64,000 nucleotides of DNA from Octopus sinensis (Eukaryota): assembly GCF_006345805.1 (NCBI RefSeq), contig NC_043003.1, positions 83,576,001 to 83,640,000 on the forward strand, in the 5' to 3' direction. The notes under the pieces are model-generated. The model was not told the origin of the DNA. It did no database searches and saw only the letters and a list, made by a program, of their open reading frames with translations. The position numbers and the translations under genes are program-made. Of the stretch, positions 38,850 to 50,930 are shown one piece after another (position 1 is the stretch's first letter; the number at the start of each line of letters is the position of its first letter).

Positions 38850-39716
38850 CTTTCCAGGTAAACTGACTGTTCAAAAAGACTTCAAAAGTAACTAGTAGTA
38901 ACTTCTCTTTAAAATAAACGAAATTTGGCATTATCGTATATTATCAAATATCTGCAGAAAAGGGGTTTAGCCCCCCCCCCCAATGACATGACATACTGAC
39001 ATGGTTGCTAAATTAGGGTATGATGCTCCAGCTTTATCAACAGTGCAAAAGTGGGCAAAAGAATTTAGCAGGCAAAGAGAGAATCTTGAAGATGACCCAA
39101 TGTTTGGACATCCTGCAATACCACCACTAAGGAGAACATTGATTGTGTTCACCACATGGTGATGGATGACATGTGATTGACTATAAATTACATAGCCAAT
39201 GTTACTAGCATATTCCATGAGAGTTGAGAATATTCTGCACAATGAACTTGGCAAGTTGAAGGTTTCTGCTCACTGGGTGTCACATCTTCTGACACCTGAT
39301 CAAAAGTGCACCAGGTTGATAACATCATGGAAAGCTATCAAGACCAAATACCCAGGAAAACTGATAAAATGCCTCTTGTTCCATTAGGGCAATGCTCCAG
39401 CACACAAGTCCTCGGTTTCCATGTGTGACTGTGGCTTTGAACTGGTTGATCACTCCCTATTCTCCTGATCTGAACCCACCCGACTATTAACTGTTCCCTG
39501 ACAAGAAAAACACTTGGCTGGGAACCAGTATCGCAGTGATGATGACATTTTTGACCAACAGGATAAAAGCTTCTTCACCAATGAGGTCCAAGCATTGCAA
39601 CACCAATGGAAGAAGTGTGTGGACCGCAAGGGAGCTATGATGAAAGATAAACCTCATTTGGTCACATTCCAAGAGAGTATGTTCGTTAGCCTATGAACTT
39701 TTCAACCAATCCTCGT
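38850..39716 (+). pseudogene. Internally deleted mariner transposon relic
   Basis: Translates to ALSTVQKWAKEF...LEDDP, VSAHWVSHLL (WVPHEL-like), NAPAH, YSPDL and WKKCV. TIR-like end ...caaccaatcctcgt. Confidence 0.85.
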
Positions 39717-39765
39717 GTGTGTCTGTGTGCATACATACACCCACAAATATACACACACACACATA

Positions 39766-42700
39766 TCATCATCATCCTCATTTAACGTCCGCTTTCCATG
39801 CTAGCATGGGTTGGACGGTTCAACTGGAGTCTGGGGAGCCCGAAGGCTGCGCCAGGCCAGTTAGATCTGGCAGTGTTTCTACAGCTGGATGCCCTTCCTA
39901 ACGCCAACCACTCCGAGAGTGTAGTGGGTGATTTTATGTGCCACCGACACAGGTGCCAGACGAGGCTGGCGAACGGCCACGCTCGGATGGTGTTTTTATG
40001 TGCCACCGACACAAGTGCCAGATGAGGCTGGCGAACGGCCACGATCGGATGGTGTTTGTTACGTGCCCACAGCACGGACGCCAGTCGATGCGGTACTGGC
40101 TACGGCCACGTTCGGATGGTTTTCTTGTGTGCCACCGGCACTGGTACCACAAAGATACAAATTCCATTGATGTTCATCTATTTTGATTTGGTTTGATTTT
40201 CACTTGCCTCAACAGGTCTTCACAAGTGTCACATACTTGCCTCAACAGGTCTTCACAAGTGTCATAAGAAGGAAGGTATGCACAGGTAGACTGACTACGT
40301 CCCAGGTAGGGGCCACGGGTTATGGCCTGACTAGTCTTGCCGGGTCTTTGGATGGTGTTTTTATGTGCCACCAACACAGGTGCCAGATGAGGCTGGCGAA
40401 CGGCCACGCTCGGATGGTGTTTGTTACGTGCCCACAGCACGATGTGGTACTGGCTACCGCCACGTTCGGATGGTTTTCTTGTGTGCCACCGGCATTGGTA
40501 CCACAAAGATACAAATTCCATTGATGTTCATCTATTTTGATTTGTTTTGATTGGATTTGATTATGATTATGATTATGATTATTATTATTATTATTATTAT
40601 CATTATCACTTGCCTCAACAGGTCTTCACAAGTGTCATTTGATTTGATTAGATTAGCACTTGCCTCAACAGGTCTTCACAAGTGTCATTGATTGATTAGC
40701 ACTTGCCTCAACAGTCTTCACAAGTGTCATAGAAGGAAGGTATGCACAGGTGGACTGACTACGTCCCAGGAAGGGGCCACGGGCTATGGCCTGACTAGTC
40801 TTGCCGGGTCTTCGGACAGGTGCCAGATGAGGCTGGCGAACGGCCACGATCGGATGGCGTTTGTTATGTGCCCACAGCACGGAGGCCAGTCGATGCGGTA
40901 CTGGCTACAGCCACGTTCGAATGGTTTTCTTGTGTGCCACCGGCACTGGTACCACAGAGATACAGGTTCCATTGATGTTCATCCATTTTGATTTGTTTTG
41001 ATTTTTTGACTTGTTGATTTGTTGATTTTCACTTGCCTCAACAGGTCTTCACAAGTGTCACAAGAAGGAAGGTATGCACAGGTGGACTCCCAGGTAGGGG
41101 CCACCACGATCGGATGGTGTTTGTTATGTGCCCACATCACAGAGGCCAGTCGATGCGGTACTGGCTACGGCCACGTTCGGATGGTTTTCTTTTGTGCCAC
41201 CGGTACTGGTACCACAAAGATACAAATTCCATTGATGTTCATCTATTTTGATTTGGTTTGATTTGATTTGATTTTCACTTGCCTCAACAGGTCTACACAA
41301 GTGTCACACACTTGCCTCAACAGGTCTTCACAAGTGTCATAAGAAGGAAGGTATGCACAGGTGGACTGACTACGTCGCCGGGTCTTCGGATGGTGTTTTT
41401 ATGTGCCCGACACAGGTGCCAGATGAGGCTGGCGAACGGCCACGATCAGATGGTGTTTGTTGTGCCCACAGCACGGAGGCCAGTCGATGCGGTACTGGCT
41501 ACGGCCACGTTCGGATGGTTTTCTTGTGTGCCACCGGTACTGGAACCACAAAGATACAAATTCCATTGATGTTCATCTATTTTGATTTGGTTTGATTTGA
41601 TTTTCACTTGCCTCAACAGGTCTTCACAAGTGTCACACACTTGCCTCAACAGGTCTCCACAAGTGTCACACACTTGCCTCTGCCTCAACAGGTCTTCACA
41701 AAGTGTCACACACTTGCCTCTGCCTCAACAGGTCTTCACAAGTGTCACACACTTGCCTCAACAGGTCTTCACAAGTGTCATAAGAGGGAAGGTATGCACA
41801 GGTGGACTGACTACGTCGCCGGGTCTTCGGATGGTGTTTTTATGTGCCACCGACACAGGTGCCAGATGAGGCTGGCGAACGGCCACAATCGGATGGTGTT
41901 TGTTGTGCCCACAGCACGGAGGCCAGTCGATGCGGCACTGGCCACGGCCACGCTCGGGTGGCCCTCCCGCGTGCCACCGGCACCGGTACCACAAAGATAC
42001 AATTCCATTGATGTTCATCTATTTTGATTTGTTTTGATTTGATTTTCACTTGCCTCAACAGGTCTTCATAAGTGTCACAAGAAGGAAGGTATGCACAGGA
42101 GGACTGACTACGTCCCAGGTAGGGGCCACGGGTTATGGCCTGACTAGTCTTGCCGGGTCTTCTCACGCACAGCATACTTCCATAGGTCTCGGTCTCTAGA
42201 CATTTCCTTAGTGAGACCTAAAGTTCGAAGGTCGTGCTTCACCACTTCGTCCCAGGTTTTCCTGGGTCTACCTCTTCCACAGGTTCCCTCAACTGCTAGG
42301 GTGTAGCACTTTTGCACACAACTATCTTCAGCCTTTCTCGTCACATGACCATACCAGCGCAGCCGTCTCTCTTGCACACCACAACTGACGCTTCTTAGGT
42401 TCAACTTTTCTCTCAAGGAACTTACACTCTGACGATTATGAACACTGACATTACACATCCATCGGAGCATACTGGCTTCATTTCTTGCGAGCTTACGCAT
42501 ATCCTCAGCAGTCACGGCCCATGTTTCACTACCATGTAGCATGGCTGTACGTACACATGCATCATACAGTCTGCCTTTCACTCTGAGCGAGAGGCCTTTT
42601 GTCACCAGCAGGGGTAAGAGCTCTCTAAACTTTGCCCAGGCTATTTTTACTCTAGCAGTTACACTTTCAGCACACCCACCCCCGCTACTGACTTGGTCTC

Positions 42701-44156
42701 CTAGGTAGCGGAAGCTATCAACTACTTCTAGTTTGTCTCCCTGGAACGTGGCAGAAGTTGGTCTCTGCACATTTCCAGTGTTTATTGCTCCTGAGCATTT
42801 GCCACAGACAAAAACTATTTTCCTAGTTAGCCTTCCTTTGACATTGCTGCACCTCTTATGTGTCCATAGCTTACACTTGGTGCATCTTATAGAGTTTCTA
42901 CCTACACCTTTTTTACAGATCGAGCAGGGCCATCTACCTGAAGGCGTTTGTGATTGATCTACCTTCCTACTTATTAGGACTTTGGTTTTGGCTAGGTTGA
43001 TTCTAAGGCCCTTCGATTCTAATCCTTGTTTCCACACCTGAAACTTCTCCTCCAGTTCTGATAGTGACTCAGCAATTAGAGCAAGGTCATCAGCATAGAG
43101 GAGCTCCCAGGGGCAACCTGTCTTGAATTCCTCCGTTATTGCCTGGAGGACTATGATAAATAGGAGGGGACTGAGGACTGAACCTTGGTGGACCCCAACC
43201 TCTACCCGGAATTCTTCACTGTACTCGTTGCCAACCCTCACCTTACTAGCAGCGTCTCTGTACATGGCTTGCACAGCTCTCACCAACCATTCATCTATCC
43301 CTAGTTTCCTCATTGACCACCAGATAAGGGATCGGGGGACCCTGTCAAAGGCTTTCTCCAAGTCAACAAAAGCCAGGTACAAGGGCTTATCTTTGGCTAG
43401 GTATTTCTCCTGCAGCTGTCTTACCAGGAATATAGCATCAGTAGTACTTTTCCCTGGCACGAACCCAAACTGCATATCATCTAAGCTAACTCTCTCTCTA
43501 ATTAGTTGGGCTATAACCCTCTCCGTAACCTTCATTACCTGATCCAGCAGCTTGATGCCCCTGTAGTTATTTGTCTCTAGGGCGTCGCCTTTACCTTTGT
43601 AGCAGTTGACTATTATGCTGCTACACCAGTCATTGGGTATGACCCCCTCGTGTATCACCTGGTTAACTATACGGGTGACTAAGCTATAGCCGACACCACC
43701 AGATATTTTGAGCATCTCTGCAGTAATTCCTGATGGGCCTGGGGCTTTCCCTGTTTTCATGCTTCTAATTGCCTTATCTACTAAGGAACTGTTAACTCGG
43801 ATTGCTGGTCCCTCTGTTGGGTCGACATTAGGCAGACTCTCTTCATCCCATTCATTTTCTTCATTCAGCAACCTATCATAGTGGCGTCTCCAAGCCTCTC
43901 TCTTTGCATCCTCATTAAGCGCAAGTGAACCGTCATCCTTGCGAACACATTTCTCTCCTACCACGTCACGATTCTCTCTCACACACTGTCTTGCAACACG
44001 AAATACCTCAAGTCTTTCATCCTCACGACGCAGGACATTGGCAAATTTTTCCTTATCTGCCTCCCCTCTGGCTAGATAGACCTGTCTCCTGGCTTCCCTT
44101 CTGGCAGACTGATACACTTCCCTGCTACCACCGTTCTTCCAGGCCTTCCAAGCCTG
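39766..44156 (-). mobile_element. Young 5'-truncated RTE LINE with greatly expanded 3' UTR
   Basis: Open ORF at 42144-44156, reiterated UTR at 39930-42143, (GAT)n tail at 39766. The 5' end abuts (TA)n. Confidence 0.93.
42144..44156 (-). CDS. RTE reverse transcriptase ORF (5'-truncated, no endonuclease) with PHD-type finger insert
   Basis: 657 aa in the track, and the frame stays open to 44156. Motifs KAPGPSG, NYRGIKLL, QFGF, VDLEKAFD, GVHQGSVLSP, YADD, FRYLG, RLRWYGHV, RGRPRKTW. Confidence 0.92.
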   Translation of the reverse strand, partial: QAWKAWKNGGSREVYQSARREARRQVYLARGEADKEKFANVLRREDERLEVFRVARQCVRENRDVVGEKCVRKDDGSLALNEDAKREAWRRHYDRLLNEENEWDEESLPNVDPTEGPAIRVNSSLVDKAIRSMKTGKAPGPSGITAEMLKISGGVGYSLVTRIVNQVIHEGVIPNDWCSSIIVNCYKGKGDALETNNYRGIKLLDQVMKVTERVIAQLIRERVSLDDMQFGFVPGKSTTDAIFLVRQLQEKYLAKDKPLYLAFVDLEKAFDRVPRSLIWWSMRKLGIDEWLVRAVQAMYRDAASKVRVGNEYSEEFRVEVGVHQGSVLSPLLFIIVLQAITEEFKTGCPWELLYADDLALIAESLSELEEKFQVWKQGLESKGLRINLAKTKVLISRKVDQSQTPSGRWPCSICKKGVGRNSIRCTKCKLWTHKRCSNVKGRLTRKIVFVCGKCSGAINTGNVQRPTSATFQGDKLEVVDSFRYLGDQVSSGGGCAESVTARVKIAWAKFRELLPLLVTKGLSLRVKGRLYDACVRTAMLHGSETWAVTAEDMRKLARNEASMLRWMCNVSVHNRQSVSSLREKLNLRSVSCGVQERRLRWYGHVTRKAEDSCVQKCYTLAVEGTCGRGRPRKTWDEVVKHDLRTLGLTKEMSRDRDLWKYAVREKTRQD

Positions 44157-44172
44157 TTATATATATATATAT

Positions 44173-44228
<56 letters not shown>

Positions 44229-46868
44229 CCACTAGTCATTATCACAACAATCAAAACTAACTTTGTTAACATGTTAGGGATTGTCCAAGTACTCATCCAA
44301 TAATTATTTTATTCATCAAGGATAATTTTGTAACATTTTAGGTTCCCTTCAGTACTCCAGTTTTAGCTACCATATACTCCAGTAAAATGCAATTCTAGTT
44401 ACTATCATATACTACAAATAAACCTTAGTTGTAGTTACCATATACCATAAATACAACACAATGGAATTCTATATTAACGTCAGTTTATTTAAATAGAATA
44501 ACTTAACAGTCATGTTCTTCCCTTTTCATCATCATGCACATCTGCTGGCGTGATGAGGACCATCACAAATAACAAGGATGGCTTATGGCTTGCATGTGAC
44601 TTTGTTTAAAGTGAAGAAGGGATGCATACCGTCAACTTCACTCTCTCATCCATGACCATCTTCTATATAGTGGTAAGACCAAGTTAAGACAATTGAGGAT
44701 GAAGACGGATGCAGTGGATGACAAAGATGTTTCACTTGCTTCATTTTATTCTCTGCACTTCACAATACATTACTGCAGCCACCTTCCTCTCAGTTGAACC
44801 ATGAACGTTTCTTCTGCAGAGTCTATCAAATCCATCTTCACAGCCCTAATATGCAAGTTAATCCATAGCTGGGACCCTAACTGGTACTACTACTCTAGCT
44901 CAGAGCAGACCAGGAGCACTAGTGGTCAAGAGGTGGTTCCTCAAAACCCTTGGAACCCCAAAATACCAGATGCAGTTTCAAGCCAAACCCATGGTTAATA
45001 CTGAATATTAAACTAATGCTGATTAGCTTCTTTCCCTTCACAACGCCACACACAACATAACAGCTGTACATCACACTCTGGACACACAACAACACATTTT
45101 TTTTTTTCAAATGATGAGAGAAATATTCTTTATCAAAGATTCTATTCACATCATATTCATATTGTATGCTGTTAGTGGCTGTATGCATGGCAAGCAGAAA
45201 TCCTCTACTTTAGCATTGCTTCATTACTACAGTCCCATTAACATTTAGTGATAGGATCGGTATAAAAGCAATAGCACTACCAAGATATTTCTACAATGAC
45301 ACTAAGGTCACATTGACCAAAAAATGCTCTCTACATCTTTAACTTTAGCATAAAACCTCTCCCTGGGTGCTTCATTATAAAGTTTTATTAATACATTTAA
45401 GTGTTGACAGTGAAATTGATAAAGTGCAGTCGAGACAGCTAAGATATTTTAGTCACCAAGTCTAAATCGATTGGCTGTAAGTTATAAAACATATATGACA
45501 GTTTAAAACAGCAATAATCTAGATAGGTGGTCAGGCAGCTTCTGACTCAACTAACTAAGGTCTGAGTCATAACACCATGATTGTGTATTAATTTTCTAGA
45601 TGCTAATTTGATTTGTCATGCCATTCTATTCAAACCAATCATTATTTTCTTTGTAATCCTTGGGAAATTGCGTCACTCACTGTGGGGTATTTGGAACACT
45701 TTAGTGTCTCTTGTCAGTTATTATAGCTTATCTACATATTTCTTTCTTCCACACTTTACAGCCCTCAGTTTTGCATTTTGTCTACTCTACTAGTTTGAAG
45801 AGAATGCTGAATCAGTTACAGTCATACTCCTTCTATGTGGTTTCTAACAAACTCGACATTTTAGATACAAAGCATTTCCATAATGCAATGAAAATATTAA
45901 GAGGCTGTTTCAGTAAGGAGCTAAAAGCCTACTGAAAAACCAAGATGCCAGCAAACATACCAGCTTCACTAGCTGGTATTATAATTGCTAAATCAAGAAC
46001 TCAAGAGGAAAATGGCTTGATGGCAGAATTGTTAGCATGCTGGGCCAAAATGCTTAGTGACATTTCATCCATCCTTACATTCTGAGTTCAAATTCTGCCA
46101 AGGCCAACTTTGTCTTTCATCCTTTTGGGGTCAATAAAATAAGTACCAAGTGAGCACTAGGGTCGATATAACTGGCTTACTCCTGGTCAATTTTGGCTAC
46201 CTGAATAAAGTCTAACTGCTACACTTCTCAGTCCAACACCACTGCCTCGAGGTCCTGGATACATTTCAGACTAGTATCTGCAATTGAGTTACTGATGCAA
46301 GTATGACATTTTCCTCTTCTTACATCCCTATGAAGTGGGTTCCACAATACTAATTTGGATGCTTCCAGTTCAGGCTGATGTTGCTGCCATTTCACATTTG
46401 GGGCCATTCGTGGCATCCTTGAGTAGCAGCCAATCTAGCCAAAAAGATAGGATGTTGCTTAACTGGGTGACAGATTAAGTCTACTATCCCTCCAGGTTAT
46501 GGCGGGATTTAAATTCAGAAAGCTATGAACCAGAACAAATACCACAGGGTATCTGGAGCAATGTTCATACACTTCTGCCAATAGAGGATCAAATGCAAAG
46601 TTAACTTTGGTGGGATTTGAACACAGAGTGCAGCAATTTGAAACAAATACCAAAAAGCATTTAAGCCAATGCTGCAGAAACTCTACCAATTTGCTGCCTA
46701 TTTCGTTTTGTATATTTTCAGGTCCATTTAGTTATTTTATGGCCCTTCCACATTATTCCAAGGAAAATGCATTTGTGAACATGATGAGATGCTCTTTTGT
46801 CAGGTTCTATGTTTTTCCCTCGTAAGAAATTGTTGAAATGAAGAATTGATTCTAAGATGGACTTTTAA

Positions 46869-47087
46869 CCCTTTAGCATTCAGATAATTCTGTCAAATGT
46901 ACTGCTTCTTTATTTACATTGTTTTGAATTAAACATGAATTATCTTGTAGCATCAAGATTTAATGATATAACTGTTTAGTTTTAGAATGACATTGTAGGT
47001 TAAATACGAAAGGCCAGATTTGGTCTCTTTGAACATAAAACAGGCAGAATATTTTAGCTGGATAAGGCCAATTTACATGCTAAATAG
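46869..47087 (+). mobile_element. piggyBac-like MITE family 1 copy
   Basis: TTAA-ccctttagcattcaga; right TIR degenerate. Confidence 0.7.
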
Positions 47088-47520
47088 TTATGGCTTAGAG
47101 GTATTTTGCTGTAAAAAAAAATGGAACTTACTCTCCCAAAAGTTTACTGCATGTGGCTCATTAGAAATGCACTAACACAATCTACTTTATATAATAACTG
47201 AGGAGTCCTGTTCATATACTTTCCCAACTAACAGTATCTAATTTCAATATCAATAAATTATTTAACACTATTACCTTCTGCATTGTTTTATCAAGTATAT
47301 ATTATTGTATGATATCAACTGTTTTCTTTTTTTAATTTTTTTTTTTTTATAGCAAGCCTGTCCACCTATTTTAATATTTTTTTGTTTATTTTAGGGGATA
47401 TTTTCCATTCTAGAATGGATTGGCAAGTACAGGAATGTAAGAAGATATATTTTCCTTTCAATCAGTGATACAATATGCTTAGGGTTGACCTAATTATCTC
47501 TTTTTCTCTGTCTCCCTTAA

Positions 47521-47739
47521 CCCTTTAGTATTTAAAGCGGCCATATCCCCCTAAAATAGTTCATCTGCTTTATGTTCAAACTGACCAGATCCAGGCTCTC
47601 ACACCTACCCTACAATGTTATTCTACATTAAGTAATTACACCATCAACATCTTGAAGATATGACACAATGCATGATTAATTCAAATCAATGGGAATCAAT
47701 AGGCATTATGTTTGATTGAATAATCTGAACACTAAAGGG
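47521..47739 (-). mobile_element. piggyBac-like MITE family 1 copy (inverted)
   Basis: TTAA-ccctttagt...actaaaggg-TTAA. Confidence 0.78.
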
Positions 47740-50479
47740 TTAATGTGATTCTTGTTCTGGTATGAAAAGATATCCTTAATCCAAGCTGATGACCTTTATC
47801 AAACAACAATATCTACCAACGAGAGAATAGAAGTTGCGGCAGTATATATATATGTACCCAGAGGATATTACATGAGTAAAAAGTCTACGTGGAAGCAAAT
47901 TTGCATCACAGAAACAATTTTCTGGGAGCTAATTACTAGTGCTAAATACTTGTTGGTTTATATAAGCAAAAACAATAGAGCTGTACTTAACTGGTGTTTT
48001 TATTTTTTTTTTATTGAGCCCAGAAGGATGAAAGGAAAAGTTGACCGTGACAGGATTTGAAACCAGAACATAAAGAGCTGAGACAAATAACACAAGACAT
48101 TTTGTTTGAGGCTCTAATGGTTTTGCCAATCCATCAGCCTCTAATTTATTTGCAATAACAAAAATTGTATCTAAGATTGGCATCACAGGATTGCAGATTT
48201 GTGAAAGAGTACACAACTGCTACGATTGATTCCCTCTCAGAAGAGAGGGATTCAATCTTAACAACAGCTTCAAGAACAACCTACTTTGGAGAGATTTTCT
48301 CTTTGGAAGGGTTCACTTTCCACTGTATGTCACACTGACCCACCTGAGAATTACATTAAGGTTGCACCTATCTGTGGAAAGCTCAGCCACTCACAAACCA
48401 ATTCAATGGCAGATAATTTAATGGATCAAACAATTGAATTCTCAACATCAAATCCAATAGAGTTCTATCCAAATACTATGTAAGACATTAATATGTAACA
48501 TGTATAAAGCTTAAAACCTTTGGAAGTCAGCGAACAGGAGAATCCTGCAAGAAGTTAGAAAATACTACAATCTGAGAAACTAACTTTATTAATACATAGA
48601 ATATTAATAATGAAAGAGTTGCTAGAAGAAGCTCAGGACATCTGTCCTTATCCAAGAATTTCTGCCAATCGACAAAATTTTGGCATCATGGAGTAGATAA
48701 CATTTGATGCTGAGAGGATGCATAATGCATTTTCAAGACATAAGTTTAGTTTGCTAAATAAACAAGGAAATATCAGATGTCTTCAAAAAAAGTTTTCATT
48801 CAAAACGGTTTTGAAAATATTTTTGAAACCAAAAACAAAATAAATAAATATATAAGAGGTGATGCTAAAAAAAAATCTGAATTTTGAGCAATTGTAATAT
48901 TTTATATTTTAGAAAATGAGATAACTATCGAGAAATTTTAAACATTGAAAGCTTAGATGGAAGCTGATGCCTAAACATTAATTACAAAGAAAAAACTAAA
49001 ATCTCAGCTTCCTACAAATCTTTTCCACACTGTATTTATATTTTCACATATTCTTGTAGTTTCATTTTCAAATATATCAGTAGCTTTTACTATGTTATAT
49101 TTTTCTTTATTTTAACAATGATAATTGTTTATGATATGGGCACAAGGCATTGGAGCCAGTACAAAAGTGAGAACATAGAAAAGATAATGAGCAAGAAACC
49201 ACAAGGGATTTACATTGAGAAAAACAGGTGAGATACAACAATAATGGTAAAGATACATTAAACAAATAGAAAATGATAAACAAAACAGCAAAGAATAAAA
49301 TAAGAACAAGAAAAGAGTTCCCAACATGAAGGAGATAACTGCTCAGAGTGATTTGTAATACTCCACACATAATCCAAGATTACCCTGATACACTTAAATC
49401 AAATACCTTCTCCCAGTTCTTGTCACCCATAGTTACAGCAAGATCAATTTCACCAATGTTACCCATCTATCATAATATTTGCTAGAAGCCAGCAGCTTCT
49501 TCTCTACTCTCACCCTTCTACTCAAATTGTACTTAAAGAAGTTGATGAAGACTTGACCTGAGTGGTACAGCTCTGTCCTCAAATCCCTCAACCGCAGCCA
49601 CTACCAGAAGAAGACTACCATTTCTTCCTTGCTAAAGGAAGAGAGTGGTTCAATCTTTCTCATAGACTTGGCTGACAGCCAGACCCATTTCACACATGAT
49701 AACAGTTGTTCGACAAAAACCTAATTACCAGTTATTCACAGACAATAAATGAGCGTATGCTGGATTGTTTTGTCACCCTGCATACACATGAGAGAGGTTT
49801 AGTTGTTAGCAATGCCAACTTGGTCAGGTCTGGAAAGTTTATACCTAGCGAGCAATCAATGCCTTCCATTAGCAACTGTTGGATCAAAGATTTTTAGAAA
49901 CTGTCCCCAATGCCCAACTTGAAAATACAGAGCAGAGAAAAGAGGGTTAACAGGACCCTTTAGTTTGGTTCTGTTGAAAACACACCCATCTCTCTAGTGC
50001 TGGTGCCTCAGTGAAATCCACCCAGTACACTCTGTAAAGTGATTGGCGTTGGGAAGGACATCGAGTCATAGACACCAAGCCCAAAATAAAATGTATGAGT
50101 GAGACATGATCCTCCAACCTATCTGAGAGGACAGTAACTTGAAATAAGAACTGACTCAGAGCATTATGACCTGATCAACCCATACCAATGGAAAATGGAT
50201 AGGAGGAGGAGGAGAAGAAGAACAAGAACAACAAGAACAACAAAAACAACAAATGACAGTGATGATGGTGGTGGTGGTGGTGGTGATGATCTTCCCAGAC
50301 ATAATGAAAATAGCTTAGTATTTAATTCTTCATATAGTTTATTGCTAAATTATTTCAGTAAAATAGACATCAGGTGTGATAAACCCAAGAGATTTTAATT
50401 AATGAATTACACACCTTTAATGATGAAAACAAAAATCGTTATAATGATAACCAGCTTCTGTTTAAAAGAAAGAGGTTAC

Positions 50480-50491
50480 CAGAGAAGACCA
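50480..50491 (-). other. Candidate 12-nt microexon that creates a junction-spanning TGA
   Basis: attcatttttattcattcatattttgtag|TGGTCTTCTCTG|gtaacc. Confidence 0.35.
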
Positions 50492-50855
50492 CTACAAAAT
50501 ATGAATGAATAAAAATGAATTACATGTGGAATTCAAAAGGAATGAATCTAATACTTGGCAGTAGAGTAACATTAACAAACTTGTTCTGTTCTTATAAGAC
50601 CTCATAAGTGAAATCTAATCTAACCATAATCATAAAAACTAGAAAGTTAGTTTTCATAAATAAACATACAGTAGCATAATCTAAAGAAATGAATAAAGGA
50701 AAAAAATATGTAGTAATATTAGCTGCATATCTTAAGTAAAGATTACAGAAAATAAAGCTGTAAATATTGTGAAGATCTTGAATATTGGAAACAAATTTGT
50801 AGACATCCCTACCATTACTCTGAGAAAATGCAGAATAAAAGGCTTTGAAACTTAC

Positions 50856-50930
50856 ACATATTCCAAATGGTTAACTCGGCTTTTTAATTTCCTTATTTCA
50901 GATTGGACCAACAAATTTTCTGAAAGATCC
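50856..50930 (-). CDS. UXS1: UXS1 luminal stem/coiled-coil exon (DLSENLLVQSEIRKLKSRVNHLEYV)
   Basis: 75 nt with a long polypyrimidine tract plus aacag acceptor and a gtaagt donor. Phase 2 to 2, joining 22992 in frame. Heptad pattern resembles the LREKIRDLE stem of vertebrate UXS1. Confidence 0.8.

Noticed and set aside
40196-40232. Hammerhead-like cores (minus CUGUUGAG...GAAA; plus CAGAUGAG...GAAC nearby)
   Set aside because: They deviate from the required CUGANGA/GAAA core, lack convincing stems, and GAAA is not kept in the 25480 or 57170 copies.
41605-41780. 31-40-nt palindromic direct repeats that look CRISPR-like
   Set aside because: No unique spacers, no cas genes, eukaryotic context. 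They are part of the RTE 3' UTR.
49107-49338. ~230-nt minus-strand AG-free, pyrimidine-rich zone
   Set aside because: The first AG after it has no pyrimidine tract or credible exon, so it is plausibly compositional.
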